NCBI RefSeq assembly: GCF_026210795.1
Contig: NC_089432.1
Location: 1,240,001-1,304,000, forward strand
DNA length: 64,000 nucleotides
Reading direction: 5' to 3'
Source of the DNA: Rhizophagus irregularis
Lineage: Eukaryota
The notes under the pieces were generated by a model. That model made no database searches, was not told the DNA's origin, and worked only from the letters and a program-made list of their open reading frames with translations. The translations under genes and the position numbers were made by a program. Shown piece by piece: positions 12,076-25,513 of this stretch; within the stretch, counting starts at the first letter, position 1, and each line of letters opens with the position of its first letter.

Positions 12076-14670
12076 TTCATTATTATTAGTCCAAAGTATA
12101 TTATATTTTATCGACTCATCAAAAAATTCGGTAACGTGAACTGTCGAATTTTATTAGCTATTATTTTGTACAACATTTAGAAAACTTTTTTTTTTTTTAA
12201 GAAAAAATAAAGCGAGGGAAATTTATCTTAAAAATACTTGTAGTTCAAAGAACGTTTATTTAAAATATTCCTTATGATCCTAAAATTTATTTATTTGTCA
12301 TTTTAAAAATTTAATAATAAATCTTTATATTATTTATATAATTTAATAATTGTACGTAATAAAAAGATAGTTTTTATAGTGTATTAAACAGAGTCATTAT
12401 ATCAACAATTTAATGATGTGTGTTCTAATAAAATTATTTGTTGCAATATGTAATATTTAGTTTAAATGTGGCGAATTTTAAAATTTTGTTCTAAAATTGT
12501 CGGGATAATCAACTTGTCGGTATAATGATATGTCAGTTGTCAAGGATTTTGATTTGTCAAGATTTTGGACAAATGATTTTTGAGATTTCGTACCAAAACC
12601 CACTTTTATACTCCCAAGGTTACAAAAAAAATTTTTTGCAATAAATTTTATACAGTATATTTAATAATTAAAAAAAAACGCGTTTTTATTTTCACAACAA
12701 AATAAAATACAATAAAAAAAACAAGAAATAGGATAGAATAAACTATAATAAAAAAGAATTATATACATTTCAAAGCGAAATTACATACATGGAAAAAACA
12801 GGTGAAAAATAATATTCTTCTATTTTATTCGATATTTCTACTAATTTTAGATTAGTCACATTTCTGAAAATTTTTTGGTGGTGTTCTTAGAAAAAAAAAC
12901 CGATACAGCATTTTGTCATTTTTCTCGAAAAAAATTTTAAGAGGTAAATTACTTTGAAAATAATTTTTTTACGATAATACAACGATAATCAGATAATTTT
13001 TTTTTTTTACGATTTATTCAAAATTTACGAAAATACAAAATTTTTAAAAATGACTTCATTATTGTAAACTATTAATGCCAATGTAATTAATGTGAATAAA
13101 ATAATGGTAGAAATAACGATGTATTAACAAAAATCATTGGTGTGTAATTCGGGGCAGCTTCTTCGAAACTTTAAAAAATAAAATTATGCTAAAATTAAAT
13201 TTTTGCGATAAATTTTTTTAAAAAACCAATAAATTGAAACCGCGTCGGAAAATTCTCTGGTAAAATCAAAAATTTTAGACCCTGTTCCCTCCCCTGTCTG
13301 GCCACGTGATGATGTATCACAATAAAATTTTTGCACAATATTTCGTCACCAGCATCTTTGGCGCTGACGCTATTGCTTGATTAAAAAGGTAAATTTATTA
13401 TATAGTATATATAAATATTGAGGGGAGAGGGCATTTCAAAATATTTTGTTAACTATGTCAGAATTTTCCAAAATTTGAAATCATACAAGTTGAATTATTA
13501 GGTATCCCAACTTAGTTACCGGCTTACCGCCGTTGTTATTAGCGTTGGTGGAGTAGCTGGTCATCTAACTGTCTCTTAGGTTAAATAAGACGAACACTGA
13601 GAAAGAATTAGTTTACGTGACATTTTACTAAAATCTTAATTGTATCAAAATACTAAGAATTATCATTAATAATTTTTCTAAATAACTTTGTAAATTATTC
13701 ATTCTTTTGTTGCAATGATGAAGGTCGTTCAATCGTTTTAATCGTTTTGGAATTAAGAAATGTTTTACTTTGCGTACGATATTGAAATGACAAATATTTC
13801 TTTCTTAGATATCCGCAAAATTTGTTGCAAAAATTCTATTACATTATTAAGGTAGTAATAAGGAAGAAAAAGTCTATTGATAAATATAATAACTCCATGT
13901 CGTATAATAATACGAATATAGTAGATATTGTACGGTGCTATATTACATATATTAGTTAATGTCACGTTAACGTTAACCAATGTAAATACCACCGTACAAT
14001 ATCTACAATATATTAATTATAGTACTCATTAGATTATACATATATATATATAGGTATAAAATAGTACAAAAAAAAAAACTCCACATGATTACTGAGCTGC
14101 AGATTTATTTTTTATTTTTATTTTTTGGCTAACTTACATTGGAACCCACAACGACAATTTGTTTCAAAGGACAAAAATTAACGAACAAAGAATATTCACA
14201 GTGTAAAAAAGAATTTTTTTTTAAAAAAAAATTCAATTTTATAATAATATAATAATAATAAATTTCTCAAAAAATTTAAGTATACAGTTGAATTTTAACG
14301 AAAATAATAGTACTAATCACAGCAAATGAATAAAAATATCATAACGATAGGAATATTAGGAAACGAAATACGGACGGATTTTGGAACGTTTGTCTTTATC
14401 TTTTCTATAGTGTAAAACATAAACATATATCCTACTGGGTGGATATAGCTCATGATAATTTGTTTGTATGGTATATCACTTTATCTTTATGTAAAAAAAA
14501 ATTTTATTTTTAAGATGCAAAGTAATACAAATACGTGAAGTCACGTGGATAGCACGATCCAAAGTAAAAAAAAAAAATGATGTTTGATTATGATATCAAA
14601 TATAATTAATTACTTTTATTACTATAATATCATAAATTTAAAAAACTAATAAAATAAGCTACAATTAAAT

Positions 14671-17600
14671 TTACAAAAATTGTTTCTTCAACTTCAATTT
14701 CTCTAACATATAATGTAATTTTTCAATATTGAACTTTACATCATTTTTCGTATTTCCAATTTTTATAATTTCTTCAATTGAATTTTTATCTTTAACCCTT
14801 TCAATCAAATCTTTAAGATCATGATTTATATCATTACCTAAATTAATATAATTTTCTATTATTTTTTTAATATTATTATTATAAGTTAAAAGTGAATGGT
14901 TGTCATAATTCCTTTCTCTAAAAATATTACTCATCATAATATTAGATGTTTCTTCAAAATCTTTATATATAAATAGAACTTTGTTCACCTTTTCTTGTAT
15001 TATACCATTCTTCAAAATTTTTAGCTGGACTAGAGTTTTGGTTCATATTCAAGTTCAGAATCCGAAAAATGAACATATAATGCTTCAAAAGTTGCTATAT
15101 AATCTGCTTGATATCTTAATAATTTTGTTTACCCTTAGTTCCTGCTGTTACATATACACCACTAAATAAAAAAGTTAAATAATATAAGAGAATGTCAGGT
15201 AAGTTATGTTACTAAATTTGCAAAAAAATACTTACTTCATAAAAGCAATCAAGATATTTTGTAAAATGATTACAAGGAATATACTAGCAATTAAGGTAAA
15301 TGCACCAACAGCCCAATTATCAAACTTATCTTTTTGAACCCAATTACCACTCATCCAAAAATATGTGGCTTCTATTGCTGTATAATAAGTTGAAAATGGG
15401 TTATCATCACTAGATTTAGGATCAAAATCAGGTTTAAGATTAATATAATATAAAGTCCAATTTGTTGATGGATCTTTAGCAACTCCACTATGTGTAGATT
15501 CTCTGATTTTCATTTTTTCAGTGTTTTTAGGATCTCTAAGTAGAATAAACCTATAAATATTATAAAATGAAGAAAATTAATCATAAGAAATTTGAAAAGA
15601 AATCAATAAATTAAAATAATAAAAAATATTTAAATACATTGAGTGTGCAAATGCAAGTATCACAAAAAGCATAAACCAAAAGAATGGAATTATGGCTCGG
15701 AAATTAATTTCAACACAATAAATATAAATTCCAATATCTGATATAATGGAAAGAATATAAAAATTAATAACTCATTGTGAAAAAATATCAATTAAATAAA
15801 ATGCATTCTATTTACCTGAATTTAAACGGAGAAATAAAATCTAAAATTATTAAAATTGGTTAATTATCTTTATATAGAAAAAAAAAATATTCATTTATAA
15901 ACAAAAACTTATAAATTTAATCCAAATTAAGAAAATTGAGAATGATATCTCTTCAACTAATTTAGAATCATTTTCTTCAATAATACGTCCAAAGCCATCA
16001 GAAAGATGAAAATCATAAAGCATTATCGTCATTATCGATACAGGAAATATAATAGAAGTTATATCAAAAATGTTAAGTATATCACCAAAATATTTTTTAA
16101 ACCCATGATAACGAAACTGTTTCACTTCAATAATAAGTTGATAAATTGCCAAATAATAGAATATTATAATTAAAACTAACAAAAAATTTCCTTTACAATG
16201 TAACTACGATTCAAATATGCTGAACTAACTAATATAAAACAAATGGCAAAAATGAGAAAACGAAGGCAGAGTAAATACAAGAAAAATTTTGTTTTCCGCC
16301 AACGAAAGTCGATAACTGCTTCAATTGCTGGATTGTCATATCATCATTATTCTCATATAGTACCATCCTAGAAAAAGGACTCAACTTATTCGTTTCATTT
16401 TGTTTGATTTGGCGCCATTGTGGTATAAGTATAGAAAAAAAACGATTTAAAATCTCGGAAAAGGTATGCTTCTTTTTTTGCTTTTTAATGCTGTTTATAG
16501 TAAAGCCAGGAAAAGGAACCACTCGTAAAGCTAATGGTGATTTTTCAAAGTTTCTATATTCTTTTAATTTATTTTTTAAATCATTAAAATTGTTCCAGAT
16601 CCAATTATCATTGTACCACTTAAGTTTAACAGATTCATCAGACTTCAATTTAACTATAGGTGTCAAAGCTCTAAATTTGGTGTCACTATTGTAACTTTCT
16701 ATCAGAATATTTTCGTCAGGATTTTGACCCAAGAGGTGACCCTGATCTAATAACTTTCTGACAAAATCGTCTATGTTTCATGAAAAATATATATATATAT
16801 ATATAAATTTCACAAATTTTGGATGAAATAAAATTAGAATTAAAAAAGAAAACGAACCATAATTATATTTAAATAATAAAAGAATTGCCTTAGAAACAGT
16901 ACACATCCAACCCACACAATTCGTTGGATTTCTAGAATAATATTCCAAAAGATATGCAACAATAATCGTATCTTTAAGTTCACGGCCTACAAATAAAATA
17001 ATGTTATTTTGATTGTAATCAATAATATTGCATCATCAAGTTAGATTTACCTCTACAGTAATATATGGCTAGTTCCATATTATTTTCTGGCAGTTCATCT
17101 TCTCTTTTGTCAAAGTCAAGGTCATCATCTTTTAAAAACATTTTACCTGGCCATAATTTATTACTTGGTATCATACATGTCTGTAATCAATTTTATTTTT
17201 TGCAGTTTCTTCATATCCAAATAATATAAATTTTATTAAACGATCGCAATCGCTAAGTATTAAACTTTTCATAAGATTATATCGAACGTCTAGTAATTTG
17301 AAATTTTCTGGCTCATAATTAGCAAATCTCCAGATTATATGTTCGATATAGTTAATCAACCTCTCATACTTTTTAATTATAAAGAAGTGTTAATAAATAT
17401 TAATAGAAGAAATGATAAACAAATAAACTTTATACTTACTTTATAATTACCTGCATCGCTTTTACTTTTATAGCGCTTTCTTATATGTACTAATGCTTTG
17501 CAAGCGTGTCTTACTGTTTGAAATTTTTCGATATCTTTTCCTTGAATCACTTTTTCCCGCCTTTTTAACTTTTCACTTAAATTTTGTTTTCTTTTCTCTT

Positions 17601-18030
17601 TCTCCATTTCGCTTATATTGCTGTTATCGATCTCTTTTAACTTTCTTTCTATTTCATCTATTTCTTCCTTTGTTATTTCGTGCTCTTTTTTTTTGCATCT
17701 CCTTTCTCGTTTGTATTCTCTTTATCATCTTTTTTTCATACCAATAAACCTTTAAATAAAAATCTTTAATTTTGCTATTTGATCCATCATTTGGTCTATA
17801 TACAAACTTTTCAATTCTTAATCTCGTTTGTTTTTCTTCTTGCTTTACTGGAATATGATTTGACCATATATATTCAAGAAATGCTTCCCCTTTGTTAGGG
17901 TGTTCATCTTTGTTTTTACTATCATCATTTATTTGACGCCAAATTTGAACGGTTGATCTACCAACAATAAGCTGTAAAGTTTCCGTTTCTTTTCCTTTTT
18001 TATCATGATAAAGACAATAAGAAAATTGTT
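14671..18030 (-). pseudogene. TRP-like cation channel gene, multi-exon, frameshifted and 5'-truncated
   Basis: S6-like LVIILQNILIAFM, pore region YYTAIEATYFWMSG, NIFDITSI, and DNPAIEAVIDFRW only in a shifted frame. Frameshifts near 16340, 17172 and 17690-17735; the 5' end abuts a MITE. Confidence 0.7.
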
Positions 18031-18445
18031 CATGATAAGGTGGATTTATTGCCGTTTTCAGAAATGTTGACATTAGAATGTCCAAATCGAACGCACCGAA
18101 CACAGCAATTAAAATTAAAAAAAAATTCCTTTAAAAAAAACAAAATTAAAACTTTAGTAATATATTTTTAGGTAGTGTGCATTAAAAGATGTATAAAAAT
18201 TATATTATTTACATATATGTATTCACTTGTATTTGCTTGTATTTGCCAATGTTCGATGTATTCGGTGTGTTCGGTACAAATTTTCATATTTCAATTTTAT
18301 TCATATCTAAAAAATGACAAAAATAGTTTTTATATAAAGTTATGCATGAATACTTCAAGTTTGCATAATTTTTTATACAGTATGTGTTCACGGTGTGTTC
18401 GGTGTGTTTCGTCAACATTTCTGAAAACGATCGTCCAGCATCATG
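18031..18445. mobile_element. Non-autonomous TIR element (CATGAT termini, caccgaacac subrepeats)
   Basis: Inverted catgat..cgttttcagaaatgttgac / gtcaacatttctgaaaacg..atcatg; no clear TSD. Confidence 0.6.
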
Positions 18446-19419
18446 TGTCTGCGCCCTGTGCTACAGATTTTTATATAGGACTCGGAGTTTGCTATTGATT
18501 AGCTTAATTGGGCAGCTCTAATGATTGGGAAATTGAAACTAATCCAATTAGTAATTGTAATATATAATATAATAAATTTATTAAATTATAAAGATAATTT
18601 AATCGCAGCAATGAAATTCTCCACATGAGAAATCATCATTGTCTTTTTAGAAATCGTCATTGTTTTTTTTAAAAAAAAAATTTCATAAAAGACGCATCTG
18701 GTCTATACAACCAGGGGATAGCAACTCGCTGAATGATCCTAGCCGCTTAGACTTCTTACTTTCTATCTCCTTTCTACGTATCCCCTAAAGGCTTTCTGGA
18801 TTTTTTGAGCATGAACAAAAAAATACACACATTTAATTTTTAGGAGTTTGCTATTTATCACCGGTGTCACGGACAGAAATTTCCTTTTGTGAACCTGAGT
18901 AACTTAATTCCGGCCAAAATTAAAAAAATCACGTGATACCGGTGATTCAATGCAATTTATTAATGAAATATATGACATTTTTTCACGTGTATCATGGGCT
19001 GATCTTTGTGTTTGTTTTTCGCATGTATTAATATTATCTTGTGTCTCTACTCCCTCCCTTGAAAACATAAGTACAGATGAGGACTTTGTCCGTGATACAT
19101 GATGAAGTTACTACGTTTCTATCTCAAGCCCTATCCCTAAATTCTAATTCGACTTGGTATCAGAGATACCCTTTCCCGCAGCATTATTTAACGTAAAATA
19201 GACATTTCACTAAACCTGCATAGTAATTTTAAAGCGTGTTATTAGTGTGCTTGATAAAACAAAAAGTTAAAATAAAAATTTATGGGCCAAAAGTATTTTA
19301 GGACTCATTATGATAATTTTTATAAAGTTGTCATAGTTACCACGTTTATCTAATTATGCACAATACAGGATCTCATACTAATAAATAGTTACTGGATGAG
19401 GGAGTAGCTATATCGGTCC

Positions 19420-19640
19420 TGTGACCGATATAGCCCACATCCAATAAGTGTGTTATCGTTCTGACGTTTTTGGACATGCAATAAATAATAACATCATAAA
19501 TAAGCTTTCTATAAATTTCATTTACGCCATTTTTTTTACTCCACTTTATTATATCAATCATGTGTTATTGCTGTGGCTAATAAAAATATCGGTCTATGAA
19601 AATTTGCATGATCCTATTGGGCTGAACGATAATATATAAT
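19420..19640. repeat. Dispersed repeat; inverted copy at about 35795-36520
   Basis: gcatgatcctattgggctgaac and gcccacatccaat..gtgttatcgttctgacgtt match the reverse complement of the 36-kb copy. Confidence 0.75.
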
Positions 19641-21107
19641 TATCAATATTACTAGAATATTTTGGTTTAAAAAAAGTATTTATCAAATTATTGTGCGCTT
19701 TGGGTAATACCATGTAACAAAATACCTCATGATCGAAACGGCTGATTAAGTTTGTGATGAGGTTTTGCCTTCTTTTAATAAAACTAATAAGAATTTTCTT
19801 TCGTCTAATGACAAAAATTTTATTTATTGTTTTTTCTATCACCAAAATAAAACGCAACGGAAATATGCAATCCTAGTTTTAACCTTGTAAGTCTTATTTT
19901 AGTTGGATAACTAATTATAAATGAACAATAACAAGATTCTATAGAATGATGGTGCATTATAAATGATTATTTTACTAAATATAACCATATTTCGAAGTGG
20001 AAAATAAGAATCGCAAGCGTATTTTAACTAACTGAAATAATTATTGGAATCAGCAAAAAGTCTTAATTATTTAGTTTAGCTGTTAGCATTAATTTTACAA
20101 CCACTGCATTACATCATTTACATGATCATTTTATGCATACCAGTCTTATTCAAAGAAAAAAAAATTTTTTCTTAGCATTTTTATCATTTATTTTATTTAT
20201 TTATTTTATTTCTAATTAGCATTTTTATCACCAAATCAACCTGTACTATTAACTCCGCCGATTATTAATCACGTGATCGATCCGGCTTTAGATGACCCTT
20301 CTTTATCAAGTTGAAATATGGCTCAGGTGCAATTCAACGTAAGTTGTGAATGATTCCACAACTATAATAAAATGCCGTAAATGCAAATGCCGTAATGCTG
20401 TAATGCCATTATTTAATTTAATTTCATCATATCATAAATATAATAACGTAAATGGTATATAAATATATATGTTTCTTCTTTTTCTTTATTATTAAACACT
20501 TTGTAATAAAGATGCTACATAAACTATCATTGGTCATTCCAATTTTTAACAGCAATCGTTATATAATAAACCTTTATCGAAGTAAACATTTCAACTGATA
20601 ACTGATAAGTCGTATGACTCGTATCTTCTTTTTGCAACTTTATACAATTAAAAACATCATCATAAACTTGAGACCTTTAAGTTTAACAAGTTTAACATTA
20701 CCGTTCATATCATTCTCAGTCTTTATCTCCTATAATAATTTCTTTTGTTATTTTTCTTTTTGCTTATACAATCACACCCATTATTGATTCAGAACCAAAC
20801 CGGATAATTTTACCTGATCTCCTTTTGATTCTATTACTCTCATTGTTTCATTTGGAATGACTTCTTTATGCGTACCAGTTATATTAATGTTCATTTATTA
20901 CTTTTTGAATTAATTAATAAACAATTCTGCTTGGAAAACAAGTTTGATTACGGGAGCTGCGGGAGCTCAAACTGATCTGCAATAAAAGTTGATTTGTAGT
21001 ACAATAGTATCACAATAACATTTATAAATAACGTTGTGTAAAAAATAATCTCATTATATACTTTCTTTCTTTCTTTCTTTCTTTCCTTTCATTAATACTA
21101 TAATACA

Positions 21108-22013
21108 ATGCTTAATAAAAGAATTAATTCAGATAATATTGACCTTTCAAATATTAATAATTTATCTCATGAATTTTTTCAAATTAATCAAAATTTTGAT
21201 AAAATGAATATAAAAGAAATAGAACCTACAACAAAAAATATCAATAAAAATATTTTTGAAGAAGATTTAACTATTGTAATTGATGAATTAGTTAATCATA
21301 TTTTTAAGGAAATAAATGAAGGAAAAGATAAGGATCAAACAAAGAAATATATTTTAAATTATATTGATGATAATAATATGATTTCACAAGAAATTTATAA
21401 TTGGCTTTTAAATACTCAAAATGATTCAAATTCTATTTATTTACTTGGATATTTTAATTATCATGGAATTGGAACTGATATTAATGAACAAAAGGCAATT
21501 GAAATATATAAAAAAGCAATAAATTTTGGAAGTAAATTATCTTATTATGATTTAGCTAATATATATATGGAAAGTAATATTGAAAATAATTATGAAAAAG
21601 CTTTTGAATTATCTAAAAAATTAGCAGAAAAAGGATATGCAAGTGGAATACATATATTAGGTCATTGTTATAATTGGGGAATTGGGACTAATATTGATAC
21701 ACAAAAAGCATTTAAATTATTTCAGGAAGCAGCAAATTTAGGAAATTTAAATGGAATGGGTAACTTGGCAAATTATTATTATTTTGGAATTAAAACAAAT
21801 ATTGATAAACAAAAAGCATTTGAATTATATCGAAAAGCGGCAAATTTGGGACATCACGTTGCTCAATATAATCTTGCTTTGATATATGAAAATGGTGACG
21901 TGATTAATAAAGATATGGATCAAGCAATATATTGGTATAAAAAATCTGCAGAACAAGGATATAAATATGCTCAAGTCAAGTTGGAAGAATTTTCAAATGA
22001 AAATGTGGTTTAG
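21108..22013 (+). CDS. Sel1-like repeat (SLR) protein, no kinase domain
   Basis: Repeated LGxxYxxGIGTxxxxQKAFELxxKAAxxG; ends AIYWYKKSAEQG. Confidence 0.9.
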   Translation: MLNKRINSDNIDLSNINNLSHEFFQINQNFDKMNIKEIEPTTKNINKNIFEEDLTIVIDELVNHIFKEINEGKDKDQTKKYILNYIDDNNMISQEIYNWLLNTQNDSNSIYLLGYFNYHGIGTDINEQKAIEIYKKAINFGSKLSYYDLANIYMESNIENNYEKAFELSKKLAEKGYASGIHILGHCYNWGIGTNIDTQKAFKLFQEAANLGNLNGMGNLANYYYFGIKTNIDKQKAFELYRKAANLGHHVAQYNLALIYENGDVINKDMDQAIYWYKKSAEQGYKYAQVKLEEFSNENVV

Positions 22014-22904
22014 AGTAGGAATGGGTTCATAATGTTTTTCTTTACTAATTCAAAAAATATAGGCCAAGTTATTGCAATTTTTTTTTAATCTTTAATAATT
22101 TATTTATAAATTATATTGATTTATTTGGATTTTCAATTAATTGAAATAATTCACTGTGTCTCGGGTGTCGTTTTGCGCCAGATGTTAAGTTGATGCACAA
22201 GTGGATTTTTAAATTAGTATGTTATTGAAAATCAAAACTTATGAATCAAATAAAATCATAATATTATTGTGAAACTTGTTAGCCCTTATATATATTTTTT
22301 ATTTATGTTTAAATTTTCATTATATTATGTCTCCATTCTAACTCTAAATTTTATACCAGATTTTAATCACCAAACATTTAAACCAAAATAAAAAAAAAAT
22401 ACTATTGTTTTTTTTTTGGAATAGAATCGTTTTATTAAAAAAAAATTTAAAATAAATTTTTTTTAAAGAAATAGTATTTGTTAAAAAAAATCGATTTTCA
22501 AACTTGTGTTACAATTAATCAAATTTTGACTAAACCAAAAGGGGTAAAAGTTCACCCTATTCCCCTTTTGTACAAAAAGGAATTTTTCTACAACATTCTT
22601 TTTTATTCCTTTCATTAAGAAATTCCAAAATAATATATTTTTATTAATAACATTATTTTTTTTAAAAAAATAAAAGATTATAAAAGGAGAAATTTTATTT
22701 CCTCTTTAAAAAATTTGTTAAGATTTTTTAATGGGAAATAAATTTCCAATTAAATAATTGTGATCTACATACGTTATTTTGGCGCAAAAAAAATAAAAAA
22801 AAAATAATTTTTTTTTTATTAACAAGTTGATATTGTTAATATTATTCATATATTTTAAAATTCCTTTCTTTCTGTCTTTTCCTTCATTATTAAATTATTT
22901 TATA

Positions 22905-23909
22905 ATGCCTGATAAGCAAATTATTATTAATCCTTCAAAAATAAATGATTCATTATATGAATTTTCTCAAATTATTCAAAATTCCGATAAAATAAATATA
23001 AAAGAAATAGAACCTACAATCAAAAATATTAATAAAAATATTTTTGAAGGAGATTTAATTAACGTAATAGATGAATTAGTTAATCTTATTTTAAAGGAAT
23101 TAAACGAAGGAAAAGATGAAGAATTAACAAAAAGAAATATTCTTAATTGTATTAATAATCATGATATAATTTCACAAGAAATTTATATTTGGCTTTTAAA
23201 TAATCAAAATAATTCAAATTCTATTTATTTGCTTGGATATTTTAATTATCATGGAATTGAAATTAATATTAATAAACAAAAAGCATTTGAATTATATCAA
23301 AAAGCATCAGAATTAAAAAATAATATAGCTCAATTAAATCTTGCTATTTTATATATGGATGGACCAGATGCTTATGAATATTCTGATGAAATTTTTGAAT
23401 TAGCTAAAAAATTTGAAGAAAAAGAATATGCAAGTGGAATAAATATTTTAGGTCATTGTTATAGTTGGGGAATTGGAACTAATATGGATTTAAAAAAAGC
23501 ATTTGAATTATTTCAGAAAGCTGCAAATTTAGGAAATGTAATTGGAATGTGTAATTTAGGATTGTGTTATAAAGATGGACTTGGAACTGATAAAAATGGA
23601 CAAAAGGCATTTGAAATTTATCAGAAAGCGGCAGAATTGGGGAATTCACGTGCAATCAATTCTTTAGCAGATTATTATAAAAATGGAATTCATACAGATA
23701 TTAATAAACAAAAAGCATTTGAATTATACCAAAAAGCAGCAAATTTAGGAAATTATTTCGCTCAATATGAACTTGCTTTGATGTATGAAATTGGGGATGA
23801 AATTAAAAAAGATTTGGATAAAGCAGTTTATTGGTATAAAAAATCCGCAGAACAAGGTCACCCATATGCTCAAAATAAATTGAAAGAATGTTTAAAAAAT
23901 GTGATTTAA
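22905..23909 (+). CDS. Sel1-like repeat (SLR) protein, no kinase domain
   Basis: Same SLR motifs. ATG placed at 22905 (MPDKQ) by alignment with the two neighbouring paralogs. Confidence 0.9.
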   Translation: MPDKQIIINPSKINDSLYEFSQIIQNSDKINIKEIEPTIKNINKNIFEGDLINVIDELVNLILKELNEGKDEELTKRNILNCINNHDIISQEIYIWLLNNQNNSNSIYLLGYFNYHGIEININKQKAFELYQKASELKNNIAQLNLAILYMDGPDAYEYSDEIFELAKKFEEKEYASGINILGHCYSWGIGTNMDLKKAFELFQKAANLGNVIGMCNLGLCYKDGLGTDKNGQKAFEIYQKAAELGNSRAINSLADYYKNGIHTDINKQKAFELYQKAANLGNYFAQYELALMYEIGDEIKKDLDKAVYWYKKSAEQGHPYAQNKLKECLKNVI

Positions 23910-24514
23910 ACAAAAGGTCTATGTTATTATGTTAAATAGTATACGTTTCATTAATATTGTTTTTTTAAAAAAAAAATTAAGCCATTCTTTATTTTATATG
24001 TAAAAAAAAAAATCAAAAAAATTATGAATCAAATAAGATAACACCTATTAAGATAATAGTAAACATTCTAAAATATTAATATTTAATATATATTTAAGTT
24101 TTCACTATGTTATAACTCCATTTTTAAAGATTACACTTCTAATTTTTTTTTAAGTTCTCTACCGCTAAACTTACTTTTCAAAAGAATTCTTATTTTTATA
24201 AAAATTTGATTTTTATTAAGGAATAATATATGAAAATATTATAGTATATAAGAGTTTTTTTTTAAAAAAAAAAAAAAAAATTTAATTTAAATCACGTTTT
24301 TTTTGTAGCTCAATTTCCTATTTAAATAAAGTGGTTTCCCTTTTAGGAAATGAAGCTCCTTTTTTGTTATTAACCGTGATCGACATCCAGTCCGCATACG
24401 GTTACATCAGTTTCATATGAACGTACATACGCACATATATATATTTGGCGCAAAATAATTTTTTTTGTTTCGTTTCACATTATTTACTTTTCTCATTATC
24501 AAATTATTTTTATA

Positions 24515-25513
24515 ATGACGAATAAACAAATAAATTCAAATGATATTAACCTTTTAAATACAAACAATTTGTCACATGAATTTTCTCAAATTATTCAAAA
24601 TTTTAATAAATTGAATATAAAAGAAATAAAACCAACAATCGAAAATATTAAGGAAAATATTTTTTTGAATAATATAATTGATGAATTAGTTGATCTTATT
24701 TTTAAGGAATTAAATAAAGGAAATGATGATGAACCAATAAAACAACATATTTTCGATTATTTTGATAATCAAAAGATAATTTTACAAGAATTTTATAATT
24801 GGCTTTTATATAATCAAGATAATTCAAATTCAATTTTCTTATTTGGTTATTTTAATTATTATGGTATTGGAACTGATTTTGATAAACAAATGGCATTAGA
24901 TTTATATCAAAAAGCTGCTGAATTAGAAAATAAGGTAGCTCAATTAAATCTTGCTAATGTACATATTTATGGTTTAGGTATTGATAAAAATTATAACTTA
25001 GCTTTTAACTTATCCGAAAAATTAGCAGAAGAAGAATATGCTGGTGGAATAAATAACTTAGGTTATTGTTATAATTATGGAATTGGAACTTGTTTTAATA
25101 AACAAAGAGCATTTGAATTATTTCAGAAAGCTGCAAATTTAGGTAATTCAACTGGAATTAGTAATTTAGGTTATTGTTATGAATTTGGAATTGGAACTAA
25201 TATCAATTTAACTAAAGCATTTGAATTATATCAAAAAGCTGCAAATTTAGGAAATTTATATGGAATACATAATTTAGGAAGTTGTTATGAAAAAGGAATT
25301 GTAGCTGATATTAATAAACAAAAAGCATTTGAATTATATAGAAAAGCAGCAAATTTAGGACATTATTTGATTCAATGTAATTTAGCTGTAATTTATGAAA
25401 AGGGTGATGGAATTAAAAAAGATATTGAACAAGCAATTTATTGGTACAAAAAATCTGCTGAACAAGGATATAATTATGCTCAAAATAAATTGAATGAACT
25501 TTCAAAAAATTAA
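24515..25513 (+). CDS. Sel1-like repeat (SLR) protein, no kinase domain
   Basis: Same SLR motifs (NNLGYCYxxGIGT..KAFELYQKAANLG). Confidence 0.9.
   Translation: MTNKQINSNDINLLNTNNLSHEFSQIIQNFNKLNIKEIKPTIENIKENIFLNNIIDELVDLIFKELNKGNDDEPIKQHIFDYFDNQKIILQEFYNWLLYNQDNSNSIFLFGYFNYYGIGTDFDKQMALDLYQKAAELENKVAQLNLANVHIYGLGIDKNYNLAFNLSEKLAEEEYAGGINNLGYCYNYGIGTCFNKQRAFELFQKAANLGNSTGISNLGYCYEFGIGTNINLTKAFELYQKAANLGNLYGIHNLGSCYEKGIVADINKQKAFELYRKAANLGHYLIQCNLAVIYEKGDGIKKDIEQAIYWYKKSAEQGYNYAQNKLNELSKN

Noticed and set aside
19070..19110. Functional hammerhead ribozyme
   Set aside because: Core reads CAGATGA..GTGA rather than CTGATGA..GAAA, and stems I and III are not evident.
22827..22904. Signal-peptide-like N-terminal extension on the second Sel1 ORF (and the similar extension at 43316-43387 on the HMG ORF)
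   Set aside because: Arises from a TTG start in T-rich upstream sequence; paralogs begin at the downstream ATG.
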